Origin: Bdellovibrionia bacterium
GTDB taxonomy: Bacteria; Bdellovibrionota; UBA1018
NCBI GenBank assembly: GCA_045805065.1
Contig: JBJMMA010000231.1
Coordinates: 1-32,675, forward strand
Length of the DNA stretch: 32,675 nt
Direction of reading: 5' to 3'
Under the pieces are notes generated by a model. That model searched no databases. It saw nothing but the letters and a program-made list of their open reading frames with translations, and was not told where the DNA came from. This document shows, piece by piece, positions 8,964-18,180 of this stretch; the stretch's first letter is position 1, and every line of letters begins with the position of its first letter. The translations under genes were made by a program, and so were the position numbers.

Positions 8964-10256
8964 ATGACGATGAATAAGCAAAGGATGGCAGCTGAAATTG
9001 AACGTCTTAAGGACAACTGGGCATCTCAACCGCGTTGGAACGGCATTCGCCGCGACTACTCGGCTGAAGAGGTCGTAAGACTTCGTCCCACGATGCCAAT
9101 CGAGTACAGCCTGGCCCGCAACGGTGCTATGCGCTTGTGGGAGCTCCTCAATAACGAGCCTTACATCAACAGCCTGGGCGCGATGACTGGTGCGCAAGCC
9201 ACTCAAATGGTGAAAGCGGGTCTTAAGGCGATTTATCTCTCCGGCTGGCAAGTCGCCGCAGACGCAAATCTCTCAGGCCAGACCTATCCTGACCAGAGCC
9301 TCTATCCTTCCAACAGCGTTCCAAACATCGTTCGTCGTATCAACAACGCGTTGATGCGCGCCGATCAAATCGAAAACGCTGAAGGCAAGAACACCACCCA
9401 TTGGTACGCTCCGATTGTTGCTGACGCTGAAGCAGGATTTGGTGGCCCACTTCACGGCTTTGAGCTCATGAAGTCCATGATCGAAGCAGGCGCATCGGGC
9501 GTTCACTTCGAAGACCAGCTTGCTTCTGAAAAGAAGTGCGGTCACCTGGGCGGCAAGGTTTTGCAACCTACCTCCACTTTCCTCCGCACGCTGAGCGCAG
9601 CTCGTTTGGCTGCTGACGTCATGGATGTTCCAACGGTTCTCGTGGCACGTACCGACGCCTTGAGCGCAACGTACATGACGTCTGACATCGACCCGCGCGA
9701 CCATCAGTTCCTGACTGGCAAGCGCACTTCGGAAGGCTACTATGAAGTGAAGTGCGGCATGGACATCACGATCGCTCGCGGCTTGGCTTACGCTCCGTAC
9801 GCAGATCTTCTCTGGTTCGAAACCTCAAAGCCAGACCTCGAAGAAGCTCGTCGTTTTGCGGACGCAATCCACGCGAAGTTCCCTGGAAAGATGCTTGCGT
9901 ACAACTGCTCGCCATCTTTCAACTGGGAGCGCCACCTGGATGCAAAGACGATCGCAACTTTCCAACGCGACCTCGGAGCAATGGGATACAAGTACCAGTT
10001 CGTCACTCTCGCTGGCTGGCACTTGGTCAACTACCACTCCTTCGAGCTTGCCAAGGGTTATCAGCAAGAAGGCATGTCAGCTTATGTTCGCCTCCAGCAG
10101 CGCGAATTTGCTTCCGAGAAGGACGGCTACACCGCAACTCGCCACCAGCGCGAAGTGGGTACCGGTTACTTCGACCAAGTCCTGATGGCCATCACCTCAG
10201 GACAGGCTTCAACCGCAGCTCTGAAGGGCTCGACCGAAACCGAGCAGTTTCATTGA
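8964..10256 (+). CDS. aceA: Isocitrate lyase
   Basis: Catalytic [49 protein letters not shown]-terminal GSTETEQF. Confidence 0.97.
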   Translation: MTMNKQRMAAEIERLKDNWASQPRWNGIRRDYSAEEVVRLRPTMPIEYSLARNGAMRLWELLNNEPYINSLGAMTGAQATQMVKAGLKAIYLSGWQVAADANLSGQTYPDQSLYPSNSVPNIVRRINNALMRADQIENAEGKNTTHWYAPIVADAEAGFGGPLHGFELMKSMIEAGASGVHFEDQLASEKKCGHLGGKVLQPTSTFLRTLSAARLAADVMDVPTVLVARTDALSATYMTSDIDPRDHQFLTGKRTSEGYYEVKCGMDITIARGLAYAPYADLLWFETSKPDLEEARRFADAIHAKFPGKMLAYNCSPSFNWERHLDAKTIATFQRDLGAMGYKYQFVTLAGWHLVNYHSFELAKGYQQEGMSAYVRLQQREFASEKDGYTATRHQREVGTGYFDQVLMAITSGQASTAALKGSTETEQFH

Positions 10257-10272
10257 TCAGTAGTTATCGAGC

Positions 10273-10315
10273 AGACCGGTCTCTCGTGTTAAAGCGGGAG
10301 GCCGGTTTTCTTATT
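10273..10315 (+). terminator. Rho-independent terminator of aceBA
   Basis: Stem AGACCGGTCTCTCG / CGGGAGGCCGGTTT (14 bp including G-U pairs), 8-nt loop, then TCTTATT. Starts 16 nt after the aceA stop. Confidence 0.75.
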
Positions 10316-10874
10316 GTGCGGAATGGCCTTTAGCGCGGCTCGAGAAATTGACAGTATCCGCATCCGAGTCATCTTGCTCGCCAAGGCGCGAGTGACCCAA
10401 GCCAGAGCTCTTCTTGATGCTTGAGACTGATTGAGAGGCCGCAGAACAGGATTGAGAAGCAGCCTGAGCCTTGAGAGCTCTGTTTTTAGCCTTAAGCTCC
10501 TGGATATATTTGTGAAGCACTTTCGGGTCGTTGCTTGCTTCTGCTTCGCGATCGCTGGCGTTTTGTGAGCCAGTGTCCAGAGCATTTGGGGTAAGTCCCA
10601 GCTCAGTCATGGTTCGTTCTGTCTTGACCAGGTTTTCCCTGGCAGCGGCACAACGTTGCGGATCCTTTACCTTACCATGCGCAGCTTGAGCGCACTGAAC
10701 GTCGATTTCATTAGCCCACTCATCGCGGGCTTTTGTCCATGTTTTGCGAGCTGAGTTTTGATCTTCCGCCTGCGCTTCCTGAATAGATGCGGTGAACAGA
10801 AAGCCTCCCATCGCAATAAGCGTGAGGCTGTTGAGCAGGGTTTCGACGAGAGTTGCGTGCTTACTTCTGTTCAT
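10311..10874 (-). CDS. Hypothetical secreted protein
   Basis: ATG 10874 preceded by a GAAGGA SD. Hydrophobic N-terminus ending in AQA, a Cys pair, a coiled coil and a Ser-rich tail. Confidence 0.7.
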   Translation of the reverse strand: MNRSKHATLVETLLNSLTLIAMGGFLFTASIQEAQAEDQNSARKTWTKARDEWANEIDVQCAQAAHGKVKDPQRCAAARENLVKTERTMTELGLTPNALDTGSQNASDREAEASNDPKVLHKYIQELKAKNRALKAQAASQSCSAASQSVSSIKKSSGLGHSRLGEQDDSDADTVNFSSRAKGHSAQ

Positions 10875-10959
10875 AAAGCGGTTTTCCTTCGTGTACCTTC
10901 TTATCGGTGTGCCGTCGAAATACACAAAACCGCTTAACAGTTGTTTGATTGAGAGTGTG

Positions 10960-11223
10960 TCAAACCGGACCCTGCTGCTTGGCAGTGTTTGTCCTTTCTG
11001 ATTGCTTCATTGCCAAAGCAGCCTTTTGCACCAGATCTCCTTCACTGCACTCAGCAGCCGCTAGCAGCAGATCGATGCGGACCACTTGATAAACAAGGCG
11101 GCAATCACAGATATACGAATTTCTCAGTTTAACGTTGATTGATCCCCACGGATCTCGCTTGTGTGCCGCAGGATTCCCGCAATTCGGACAGAAGTTTGGT
11201 GCAGAGTCATATAAAGCCAGCAT
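10960..11223 (-). CDS. Small hypothetical protein with a putative zinc ribbon (CPNC...CDC)
   Basis: 87 aa. SD GAGGGG upstream. CxxC and CxC motifs. Fills an otherwise empty interval. Confidence 0.55.
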   Translation of the reverse strand: MLALYDSAPNFCPNCGNPAAHKRDPWGSINVKLRNSYICDCRLVYQVVRIDLLLAAAECSEGDLVQKAALAMKQSERTNTAKQQGPV

Positions 11224-11389
11224 AAGTTTTCCCCTCGACTCAATAGCTATCCTCCCTCAGCCAGCTGAGCTGGCCCGTCGCATTTGTAACGAGCGATAGA
11301 TGCGTGTGGTGCGCTAAAAAGAGATAGGTGAATGAATCAATGCTGAGACTTCAAATTGCAGACCAAGCTAATTGAGATACAGGTGACCT

Positions 11390-11917
11390 ATGGCCTCAGC
11401 GTTCGGGCATGCAACCGCAGCAATCACAACAACTCAGGCAGCAAACGGTCGAAAGCAGTCAGTCAAGCTGCTGCTTTTCGCTGTGATCAGCAGCATCCTT
11501 CCTGACGCTGATTCGATTGGATTTCAATATGGAGTGCCGTACGGAAGCTCCTTCGGTCATCGAGGCTTCACTCATTCCATTTTCTTTGCGGTGATCTGGT
11601 CACTCTTTCTCACCTTTGGCTTTTTCCGCAAGGAACCTAAGCGAGTGTACTGTTTTCTGGTTCTTTTGCTTTCAACTGTCTCGCATGGAATTTTGGATGC
11701 GATGACGACGGGGGGCCTGGGAGTCGGGTTTTTCATTCCGTTCGAAAATAGCCGATACTTCTTCCCGTTCAGACCCATCGCCGTCTCGCCTATCAGTGTG
11801 ATAGGCTTTTTTAAGGACCCAGCTCACATCCTGAAGAGTGAGTTGATCTGGATTGGGATTCCTTGCTTAGGATTGTATGCGGCTTCAAGGCTTATCAGGG
11901 CTTTGGCCAGGCGTTAA
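11390..11917 (+). CDS. YdjM-family inner-membrane metal-dependent hydrolase
   Basis: GH near the N-terminus, LPDAD, FGHRGFTHS, SHGILDAMTTGGLG, RYFFPFRPIAVSP. Several TM helices. Confidence 0.88.
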   Translation: MASAFGHATAAITTTQAANGRKQSVKLLLFAVISSILPDADSIGFQYGVPYGSSFGHRGFTHSIFFAVIWSLFLTFGFFRKEPKRVYCFLVLLLSTVSHGILDAMTTGGLGVGFFIPFENSRYFFPFRPIAVSPISVIGFFKDPAHILKSELIWIGIPCLGLYAASRLIRALARR

Positions 11918-12216
11918 AACTCAGCCGTCACAACCATGTCATTATTCTGAGGAAAGCATTGGCAAGCCAGTCTCCAGCCTTCTGCGATCTGCTCTGCGCT
12001 CAAATGCTCACGCTCAGGATCCGTAATCGGAGAGAAGCTGGATTGCTGGGCAGGATCAATCTTGATCCGATCGCCTCCGCATTCACCAAATCCCCCACAC
12101 CGACTTCCGATCTCAAGCTCAATGCACTGAGCATGCGCAAGCAGGTTCAAGTTCCTCTCGCAGAGTTCCGTGTCGTAAACAGTCTGATTTTTGGACGACT
12201 TAAATTGAATCGACAT
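11914..12216 (-). CDS. 2Fe-2S ferredoxin-like protein with an atypical third ligand
   Basis: NLL...IGSRCGGFGECGGD...ERE.LS......GWRLACQ is the Fer2 pattern. The expected third Cys is Asp. Confidence 0.8.
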   Translation of the reverse strand: MSIQFKSSKNQTVYDTELCERNLNLLAHAQCIELEIGSRCGGFGECGGDRIKIDPAQQSSFSPITDPEREHLSAEQIAEGWRLACQCFPQNNDMVVTAEF

Positions 12217-12247
12217 ATTTTATGACGCGCCGCCAGACAAAAGGCGA

Positions 12248-12266
12248 GAGGCTCCAGTGGAGCCTC
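12248..12266 (-). terminator. Putative terminator or attenuator hairpin between the SNF2 gene and the ferredoxin gene
   Basis: Perfect palindrome GAGGCTCCA-G-TGGAGCCTC. On the minus strand it is followed by TCGCCTTTTGT, so the U-tract is displaced. Confidence 0.5.
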
Positions 12267-12281
12267 CGGCACTCCTTACAA

Positions 12282-14849
12282 TTAATCGACCGGAGAAAGA
12301 AGCTCGAGGAGCTCTTTCTTTGAGAAGGCTTTGAGTCCTACTGGAGACTCTTCGATCAGAGTGCCAGAGAGCTCGGTCTTGGATTCGATGATGCTTGCGA
12401 TGCGGTCTTCGACGGTTCCAGGGATCTGGAGCTTGAAGACCTGAACGCCGCGGGTCTGACCAATGCGGTGCAAGCGGTCGGTCGCCTGATTTTCCTTGGC
12501 AGGGTTCCACCAACGATCAAGATGGATACACACGCTTCCTGCCGTGAGGTCGATTCCGAGACCACCTGCGAGCAGCGAGCAGATAAAGACCTTGCACTCA
12601 GGATCGGCTGCGAATTTTTCAAGACGCGCAAAGCGATCCGGAGTGTCGCCACGAAGATCGGTGTAGCCGATGTTCTGCGTTTGCAGATAGTAGCCCAGCA
12701 TGTCGATCATGCCCAAGTATTGGGTAAAAACGACAACCTTGAGTTGAGAGCCAACCGCTTCGTTGATGAGCTCGACAACCGTTTCCCACTTGCCGCTCTC
12801 CATCGGATCCAGCGCACCGATGCGTTTGACCTTGCCTGAGGTGAGATCTGTCAGGCGTGGATGGTCGCAGGTTTGCTTGAGGCGCGTAAGCAGCGCAAGA
12901 ATGTTGGCGTAATCGATCTTTCCGCCAGCCTCGATGTCCTGGCGGGCCTTGGCGGCCTCGGCACTTGAAAGATGTGCGCGATACGCTTTCTTCTGCGCAG
13001 GCGTCATTTCGCAGTAAATGACTTCTTCAGTTTTCTCAGGAAGCTCCTTAAGAACCTGAACCTTTGTACGACGAAGAAGGAATGGCGAGATCAGGCGCTT
13101 AAGAGCTGCGGCTTGATCCATGGTCGGCGCATCGCGACCCGAGCCATAAAGGCGTTTAAAGCGTGGAAGCGATCCCAGGTAACCTGGGAGCAAGAATTCC
13201 ATGATGGACCAAAGATCGGTTGATTGGTTTTCAACCGGCGTTCCGGTCATCGCGATGCGGAACTTGCAGCGGAGCATGCGGGTTGCGCGTGAGCTGATCG
13301 TGCTCGCGTTTTTGATGGCTTGCGCTTCATCGAGCGCAATCACATGCCAATCGCGGCTTCTGAGAGCTTCTTCGCGTTGAAGAATCCCGTAAGTCGTCAG
13401 GACCAGATTGACCTCTGGACCTGGCAGTGTGCGGGAGTTGCCGTGATAGATGGTCCACTTAAGACCCGTTTCGTATTTCTTGAGCTTTTGTCCCCAGGCC
13501 GCAAGAACGGATGTTGGAGCAATGACCAGGCAGGGGGCTTTTGGCTTTGGTTTTTGCTGATAGATGCTTGAGAGAAACGCAAGCACCTGGTGGGTTTTAC
13601 CCAGACCCATGTCGTCGGCCAGAAGTGCAGAGAGCCCGCGATGATAGAGACTCCACATCCATGACAGGCCGTTCTTCTGATAATCACGAAGTTCAAAGCC
13701 GTAATCTATGTCAGGAAGAGATGGGATTCTCTTCTTTTCAAAGTTCTTTCGCCACTCGTGGAACTCTTTCCAGTCCTCATCGACAACGAAGTCGGTCACG
13801 CCCAACTCAAGGCTCAAGCGATAAGCAGCAAGCGGGTGGAGCGGATGTTGTTCATCATCATGAAGGTATCCAAAGCCATCGGGCGCAAAGGCCGCGGTGC
13901 CCGGTTTTCCGCTCTCAGGGGCGGCAACGCCGCTGCGGTTCGCAAACTGCGAGATCGTCGTCAGGGACGTGGCAAAGCGATAAAGCGTATCGCCTTTCCA
14001 GGCGTAATTTGAGCTCAGCTTTCCTGCAACCGAGAGCTCGCGCAGATCACGGGAGGTGAGCTTTTCTTTGGCGTTTCTGAATTCGTAAAGAAGGACGCGG
14101 CTTTTTTCTTCCTTGGCGCCAACTTTCAAAGAATGCAGTCGAAGTGGATCGGAATCGTACTTGATGTCGACCGACTCATGAAAGACGACCTGCTGGCGAT
14201 TCTCAATGGAGAGCATTCGAGCCAGACCATCGAGCGCGGCTTGACCTGAGTAGACAAGCTTTGCGTTCTCAACGCTTTGAAGAACCGGCACAAAGTCGTT
14301 GGAAAGCTTGAGCATCATTCCTTGGGCCGTTTTCCACGAACGAAACTCAGGAACTTTTACCAGGCGATTCAGCGTGATGAGCTCAGAATCACCAGTCTCA
14401 GGATCTTTGTAGCGAAGCGCTGCTTCAACGGAGACTGCCTCAAGAACGCGGTCTCGGAAAAGGCCGCGAACAAAAGCGACGGCTTGTGCATCAACGATAA
14501 CAGGAGGTTTTTCTTCTTCCTGAACGGTTCCAAGCGATGCCGTTCCCGTACGGGCGCGAAGCAGGCTTCCACGCTCAACGACCCAGATGCAAAGAGCTGC
14601 AACTTGCTCGGAGCGCGAGCTATTGACGACAGGAACGCCGTTTTGAAGGCACTCGACCTTGAGAATCGTGCCGCGACCCATGGTGATCGTGATGTCAAAG
14701 GTCTTGCCATCATCACCCAGGACGCGACCGCTCACGCGCGAGCCCTCCAGGAGCTTCACGTCGCGAACACGGTCCTCGCGGAAATGCGTTTGCCCGCGCT
14801 TCCAGACATTAGGTGTGAATTCTCGTTTGATCTGGTTGTAAAAAAGCAT
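12282..14849 (-). CDS. SNF2-family (SWI2/SNF2) ATPase/translocase with a degenerate N-terminal SWIM-like region
   Basis: LRDYQ, LADDMGLGKT, DEAQAIKN, TGTPVEN, LLRRTK, LTRLKQ, GGLGIDLT, RWWNPAKENQATDRLHRIGQ. Start ATG 14849 overlaps the upstream stop (TGATG). Confidence 0.93.
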   Translation of the reverse strand: MLFYNQIKREFTPNVWKRGQTHFREDRVRDVKLLEGSRVSGRVLGDDGKTFDITITMGRGTILKVECLQNGVPVVNSSRSEQVAALCIWVVERGSLLRARTGTASLGTVQEEEKPPVIVDAQAVAFVRGLFRDRVLEAVSVEAALRYKDPETGDSELITLNRLVKVPEFRSWKTAQGMMLKLSNDFVPVLQSVENAKLVYSGQAALDGLARMLSIENRQQVVFHESVDIKYDSDPLRLHSLKVGAKEEKSRVLLYEFRNAKEKLTSRDLRELSVAGKLSSNYAWKGDTLYRFATSLTTISQFANRSGVAAPESGKPGTAAFAPDGFGYLHDDEQHPLHPLAAYRLSLELGVTDFVVDEDWKEFHEWRKNFEKKRIPSLPDIDYGFELRDYQKNGLSWMWSLYHRGLSALLADDMGLGKTHQVLAFLSSIYQQKPKPKAPCLVIAPTSVLAAWGQKLKKYETGLKWTIYHGNSRTLPGPEVNLVLTTYGILQREEALRSRDWHVIALDEAQAIKNASTISSRATRMLRCKFRIAMTGTPVENQSTDLWSIMEFLLPGYLGSLPRFKRLYGSGRDAPTMDQAAALKRLISPFLLRRTKVQVLKELPEKTEEVIYCEMTPAQKKAYRAHLSSAEAAKARQDIEAGGKIDYANILALLTRLKQTCDHPRLTDLTSGKVKRIGALDPMESGKWETVVELINEAVGSQLKVVVFTQYLGMIDMLGYYLQTQNIGYTDLRGDTPDRFARLEKFAADPECKVFICSLLAGGLGIDLTAGSVCIHLDRWWNPAKENQATDRLHRIGQTRGVQVFKLQIPGTVEDRIASIIESKTELSGTLIEESPVGLKAFSKKELLELLSPVD

Positions 14850-15775
14850 CAGAGTCCCAGGGCCTCGAACCATTTTTCCGCAAGCAGGTATTGCAAACGG
14901 TTGTCCATCGGGTCTTCCGGTAAAATCAATTCTTCCTGATTGGACGAAAGCGCGCGGGCAACTTTATCCCGATGCTTTCTTTGCCAGGCCGGATTTGTCT
15001 TCCAGACAAAAGCTCGATCCAGATTACCACTTCTTTGGGAAGCGCGCTCGGAAAGCTCGCCTAAAGAAGGAAAAAGAGCAGCGACTCCGGCTCCGATCTG
15101 TTTCGGATCGTAAAACTCCAGATTCAGGTAAGTCGCATGTGTTGTTGCCTGGAGATAGTTTCGGTATTCTCTTTTGCTGAGTCCAAGGCGGCGCACATCG
15201 GTTCCTGGATCATAAACCGTGCCCGTCAAATAAAGCTCGCGCGCAAGCTTGGGTCCTAGTTCATCCCCTAGCGCCATATCGGCGCTGATGACCAGGCTCT
15301 CGGCAAAGTTGAGATACCGACGGATGCCCGCTGCATCTTTCGGCGGAGGCGGCAAAATTTTCCACAAGGAGCGATGATTTTGCTCGTGATAGAGCGAGCC
15401 CACATAAGTTCTCAAGGTGAGAAGGTGGTGGGAGTTCTTGCGCTCGATCGGGTCGGTTGCGGCCCAGATCATCTCCGTTTCAACGGGACTATATTGAATC
15501 AAGGGCTCAAGAAGCGTCGGAGAGCTTAGTGTCCGAGGCGAGGACACTAAAAGGGATCGAAAACTCCCCTTGGACTTCAGATAAAGCTGGCGACTCTTTT
15601 GATACAACGGACTGATCGAGAGCAGCAGACTATCAAAAGGCTGCTCGGGCATATGATTCCGAGGCGCACGGGCAGGGCGCATCTTGGCCAAACGCGAGAT
15701 GGCCGAGCGTAACGCAAGGAATTCCTTATGTTCGCTCATATGTTGACGCACCTTGTTTGAAGTTTTTGAAGCCAT
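14849..15775 (-). CDS. Hypothetical protein with an HExxH motif (putative metalloprotein)
   Basis: 308 aa. SLYHEQNHR with a downstream Glu (LNFAESL). No signal peptide. Stop overlaps the SNF2 start. Confidence 0.7.
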   Translation of the reverse strand: MASKTSNKVRQHMSEHKEFLALRSAISRLAKMRPARAPRNHMPEQPFDSLLLSISPLYQKSRQLYLKSKGSFRSLLVSSPRTLSSPTLLEPLIQYSPVETEMIWAATDPIERKNSHHLLTLRTYVGSLYHEQNHRSLWKILPPPPKDAAGIRRYLNFAESLVISADMALGDELGPKLARELYLTGTVYDPGTDVRRLGLSKREYRNYLQATTHATYLNLEFYDPKQIGAGVAALFPSLGELSERASQRSGNLDRAFVWKTNPAWQRKHRDKVARALSSNQEELILPEDPMDNRLQYLLAEKWFEALGL

Positions 15776-15884
15776 AAGTTCAGTCGTCTGCCGAAAGCGT
15801 TATTTTAAACTTTTTTTACGTTCCCTGCAGCAGAGAAATTTTGACAAGCGCTCGGCAAACGCGATTTAAGGCCCTGGGGGTAAA

Positions 15885-18176
15885 ATGAAGAAAATCATTC
15901 GGCTTGTATCCGTCGGTATCGTCTTGCTTTCTCATGTCTCCTGTTTTGGCTCATCAAATGAGGCGACCCCCAACTCGCTGAGCGCAAAGCTTCAAGGCAA
16001 GGGCTGTTTGATTTTTGATGAGCCAACAGTCGCCCACGCAAAGGCAGATTCTGAACTGGGTGCGTATGCGTGCTTGGGTTACCTGCATGCCCGCGACCGG
16101 GCCTGGCAGATGGATTACCTCCGCCGGATCGTTGAAGGACGAAAGGCTGAAGTCTTGGGATATCGCTCCTTGAAAGACGATCTTGAAATGAAATTCCTGG
16201 GGCTGGATCGAAAAGCAAAACAGCTCTTTGAGCATATGACCGAGGAGCAAAGGGCGCCCTTCGAGGCTTATGCTTATGGCGTGAACCAAGGGTTTCAAAC
16301 CGAGCGTGCGCAAAACGCCTATGAGTTTAAGCGCTACGGCTATCATCCGGATGCCTGGGAGCCTGTAGCTTCCATTGAGATCCTGCTGCTTCAATCCTTT
16401 GATCAGACCCGCGACACATTCACTCGAAAACTCGATGAGGCCACTTGGCAGAAAGCCCACGGGCAAAACGCTGAAGCACTCTTTGCGCGCGAAGGCTTCC
16501 CTTGGACAACGACCATATTAAAACCAGGGGAATATCCAGTGGCCTCGCGTGCGGCCGCTGTGAATGAACCTCTTTATCCCTTACCAGCAATTGAACTTCT
16601 CCAATCAGGCGAGACCGGCAAAGGAAGTAACAATTGGGCCATCGCTTCGCAAAAAAGCCTGACCAAGAACGCCTTTTTTGCCAACGACCCACATCTTGAT
16701 CTCAGGCACCCGCCTTTTTGGTATTGGGCACATATTGAGGGGGGTGCCATCGATGCAATCGGAGCAACCCTTCCCGGATCGCCCGTGATTGCCAGTGGAA
16801 CCAATCGTCACGTGGCCTGGGGACTGACTAATTCATATTTTGATGTGTCTGAGCTTGCCTATGTTCCAAATGAGGATCTGAAGAATGGGAACTCGGAGAC
16901 TTTTTATCCGTTGGTCTGGGTGAAGTTTGGAATCTTTAAGCTGCCATTCTTCTTCAAGGGCTTTCAAAGGACGGCACAGAACGGACTGGTTCTGCCAGTA
17001 GACGGCGGTCCAGCAAATCACTCCCTCGTTTTGCGATGGAGTGGCTTTGATATGCTGCCAGGGGATCTCTCAGGAGCGCTTGAGATCCAAACTGCGAAGT
17101 CCGTCAAAGAGGCAGATCTCGCGTTCTCTCATATGGGTCTTCCGACCTGGAATTTTACTTTTGCCGATACTCAGGGAGGCATTGGTTATCGAACGCAGGG
17201 AAGGCTACCCAAGCATGAGCATCCACTGCCCTTCGGTGTTCCCGTGCGAAGGCTTGCCGATTGGGCACCTTGGACTTTCTTGAGCGCGGATGAGGCACCT
17301 CACCTTCTGCAACCAGAGCGTGGATATATTGTCACGGCCAATAATGAGCCATGGTTTGAAACCGCACGTTACCAGGCAGGGCGCGCGCAGGCCGCATCGT
17401 TCCGCGCGTTCCGAGTCGAAGAGCTTCTAAAGCAAAACTCAAAGCATGATCGCGAGAGTCTCCATGCGATTCAATGCGATCAACAAGCGATTGATGCACG
17501 CTTTATTCTCCCACCGCTTTTGAAGGCATTGGGTAAAACGCTAGCATCCCACGGAGTCATTGAGTTTCGTGACGCCAAAGTCATTGATGCTCTGAAAAAA
17601 TGGAATTTCAGCGCGGATGAATCCTGCCTGGTTTGCGGAGTCTGGAATCGCTGGACAGATCGAATCATGACGTCGGCATCGCTCAACCGCGAAGCACTTT
17701 ATCGAGAAGCGATCGCGGATCATCCAAGCGATGAGTTTGTAACCGCAGTCTTGGACGGCTTTCATGGAGCGCTGGAGGATTTAAAAGTCGGCCCGCAAGG
17801 CGAGCTTCGCCCCTGGGGCGAAATCCATGTGAATCCATTCTCGCATTTCTCAGGAGATGCGGCGTGGAGTGTGCCTCCCATCCCAACAGGCGGGGTCACA
17901 AACAGCGTGAATCCTGGCACAAGCCAATGGGATCCGGTTAAGGGAATGTTCGTTCATGTGGGGGGCGCCTCTCAAAGAATGATCGTGGAGATGAGCAACC
18001 CTCCGGTTGTTCATGTCACTTTGGCTGGAAGCAATCAGGACATTGAAATGCCCAATCTCTCGGATCCGCAAGGACCATGGATGCAATGGAAGCGATGCGA
18101 AGCTGAACCGAAACGCTTTCCACTCGACTGGCAGCAAGTCCCTGCACAGGCGGTTGTTTTTCAATCAGCCCAGTAA
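15885..18176 (+). CDS. Penicillin acylase family (Ntn hydrolase, peptidase S45) protein, exported
   Basis: GYLHARDRAWQMD, catalytic GSNNW, ANDPHL, AWGLTN, NFTFAD, YIVTANN. N-terminal signal, possibly a lipoprotein signal. TTGACA at 15841 upstream. Confidence 0.92.
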   Translation: MKKIIRLVSVGIVLLSHVSCFGSSNEATPNSLSAKLQGKGCLIFDEPTVAHAKADSELGAYACLGYLHARDRAWQMDYLRRIVEGRKAEVLGYRSLKDDLEMKFLGLDRKAKQLFEHMTEEQRAPFEAYAYGVNQGFQTERAQNAYEFKRYGYHPDAWEPVASIEILLLQSFDQTRDTFTRKLDEATWQKAHGQNAEALFAREGFPWTTTILKPGEYPVASRAAAVNEPLYPLPAIELLQSGETGKGSNNWAIASQKSLTKNAFFANDPHLDLRHPPFWYWAHIEGGAIDAIGATLPGSPVIASGTNRHVAWGLTNSYFDVSELAYVPNEDLKNGNSETFYPLVWVKFGIFKLPFFFKGFQRTAQNGLVLPVDGGPANHSLVLRWSGFDMLPGDLSGALEIQTAKSVKEADLAFSHMGLPTWNFTFADTQGGIGYRTQGRLPKHEHPLPFGVPVRRLADWAPWTFLSADEAPHLLQPERGYIVTANNEPWFETARYQAGRAQAASFRAFRVEELLKQNSKHDRESLHAIQCDQQAIDARFILPPLLKALGKTLASHGVIEFRDAKVIDALKKWNFSADESCLVCGVWNRWTDRIMTSASLNREALYREAIADHPSDEFVTAVLDGFHGALEDLKVGPQGELRPWGEIHVNPFSHFSGDAAWSVPPIPTGGVTNSVNPGTSQWDPVKGMFVHVGGASQRMIVEMSNPPVVHVTLAGSNQDIEMPNLSDPQGPWMQWKRCEAEPKRFPLDWQQVPAQAVVFQSAQ

Positions 18177-18180
18177 CGCT

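Noticed and set aside
12282..14849. SNF2 gene as part of DISARM or Zorya
   Set aside because: None of the required partner genes (methylase, DrmA/B/C, ZorA/B) are adjacent.
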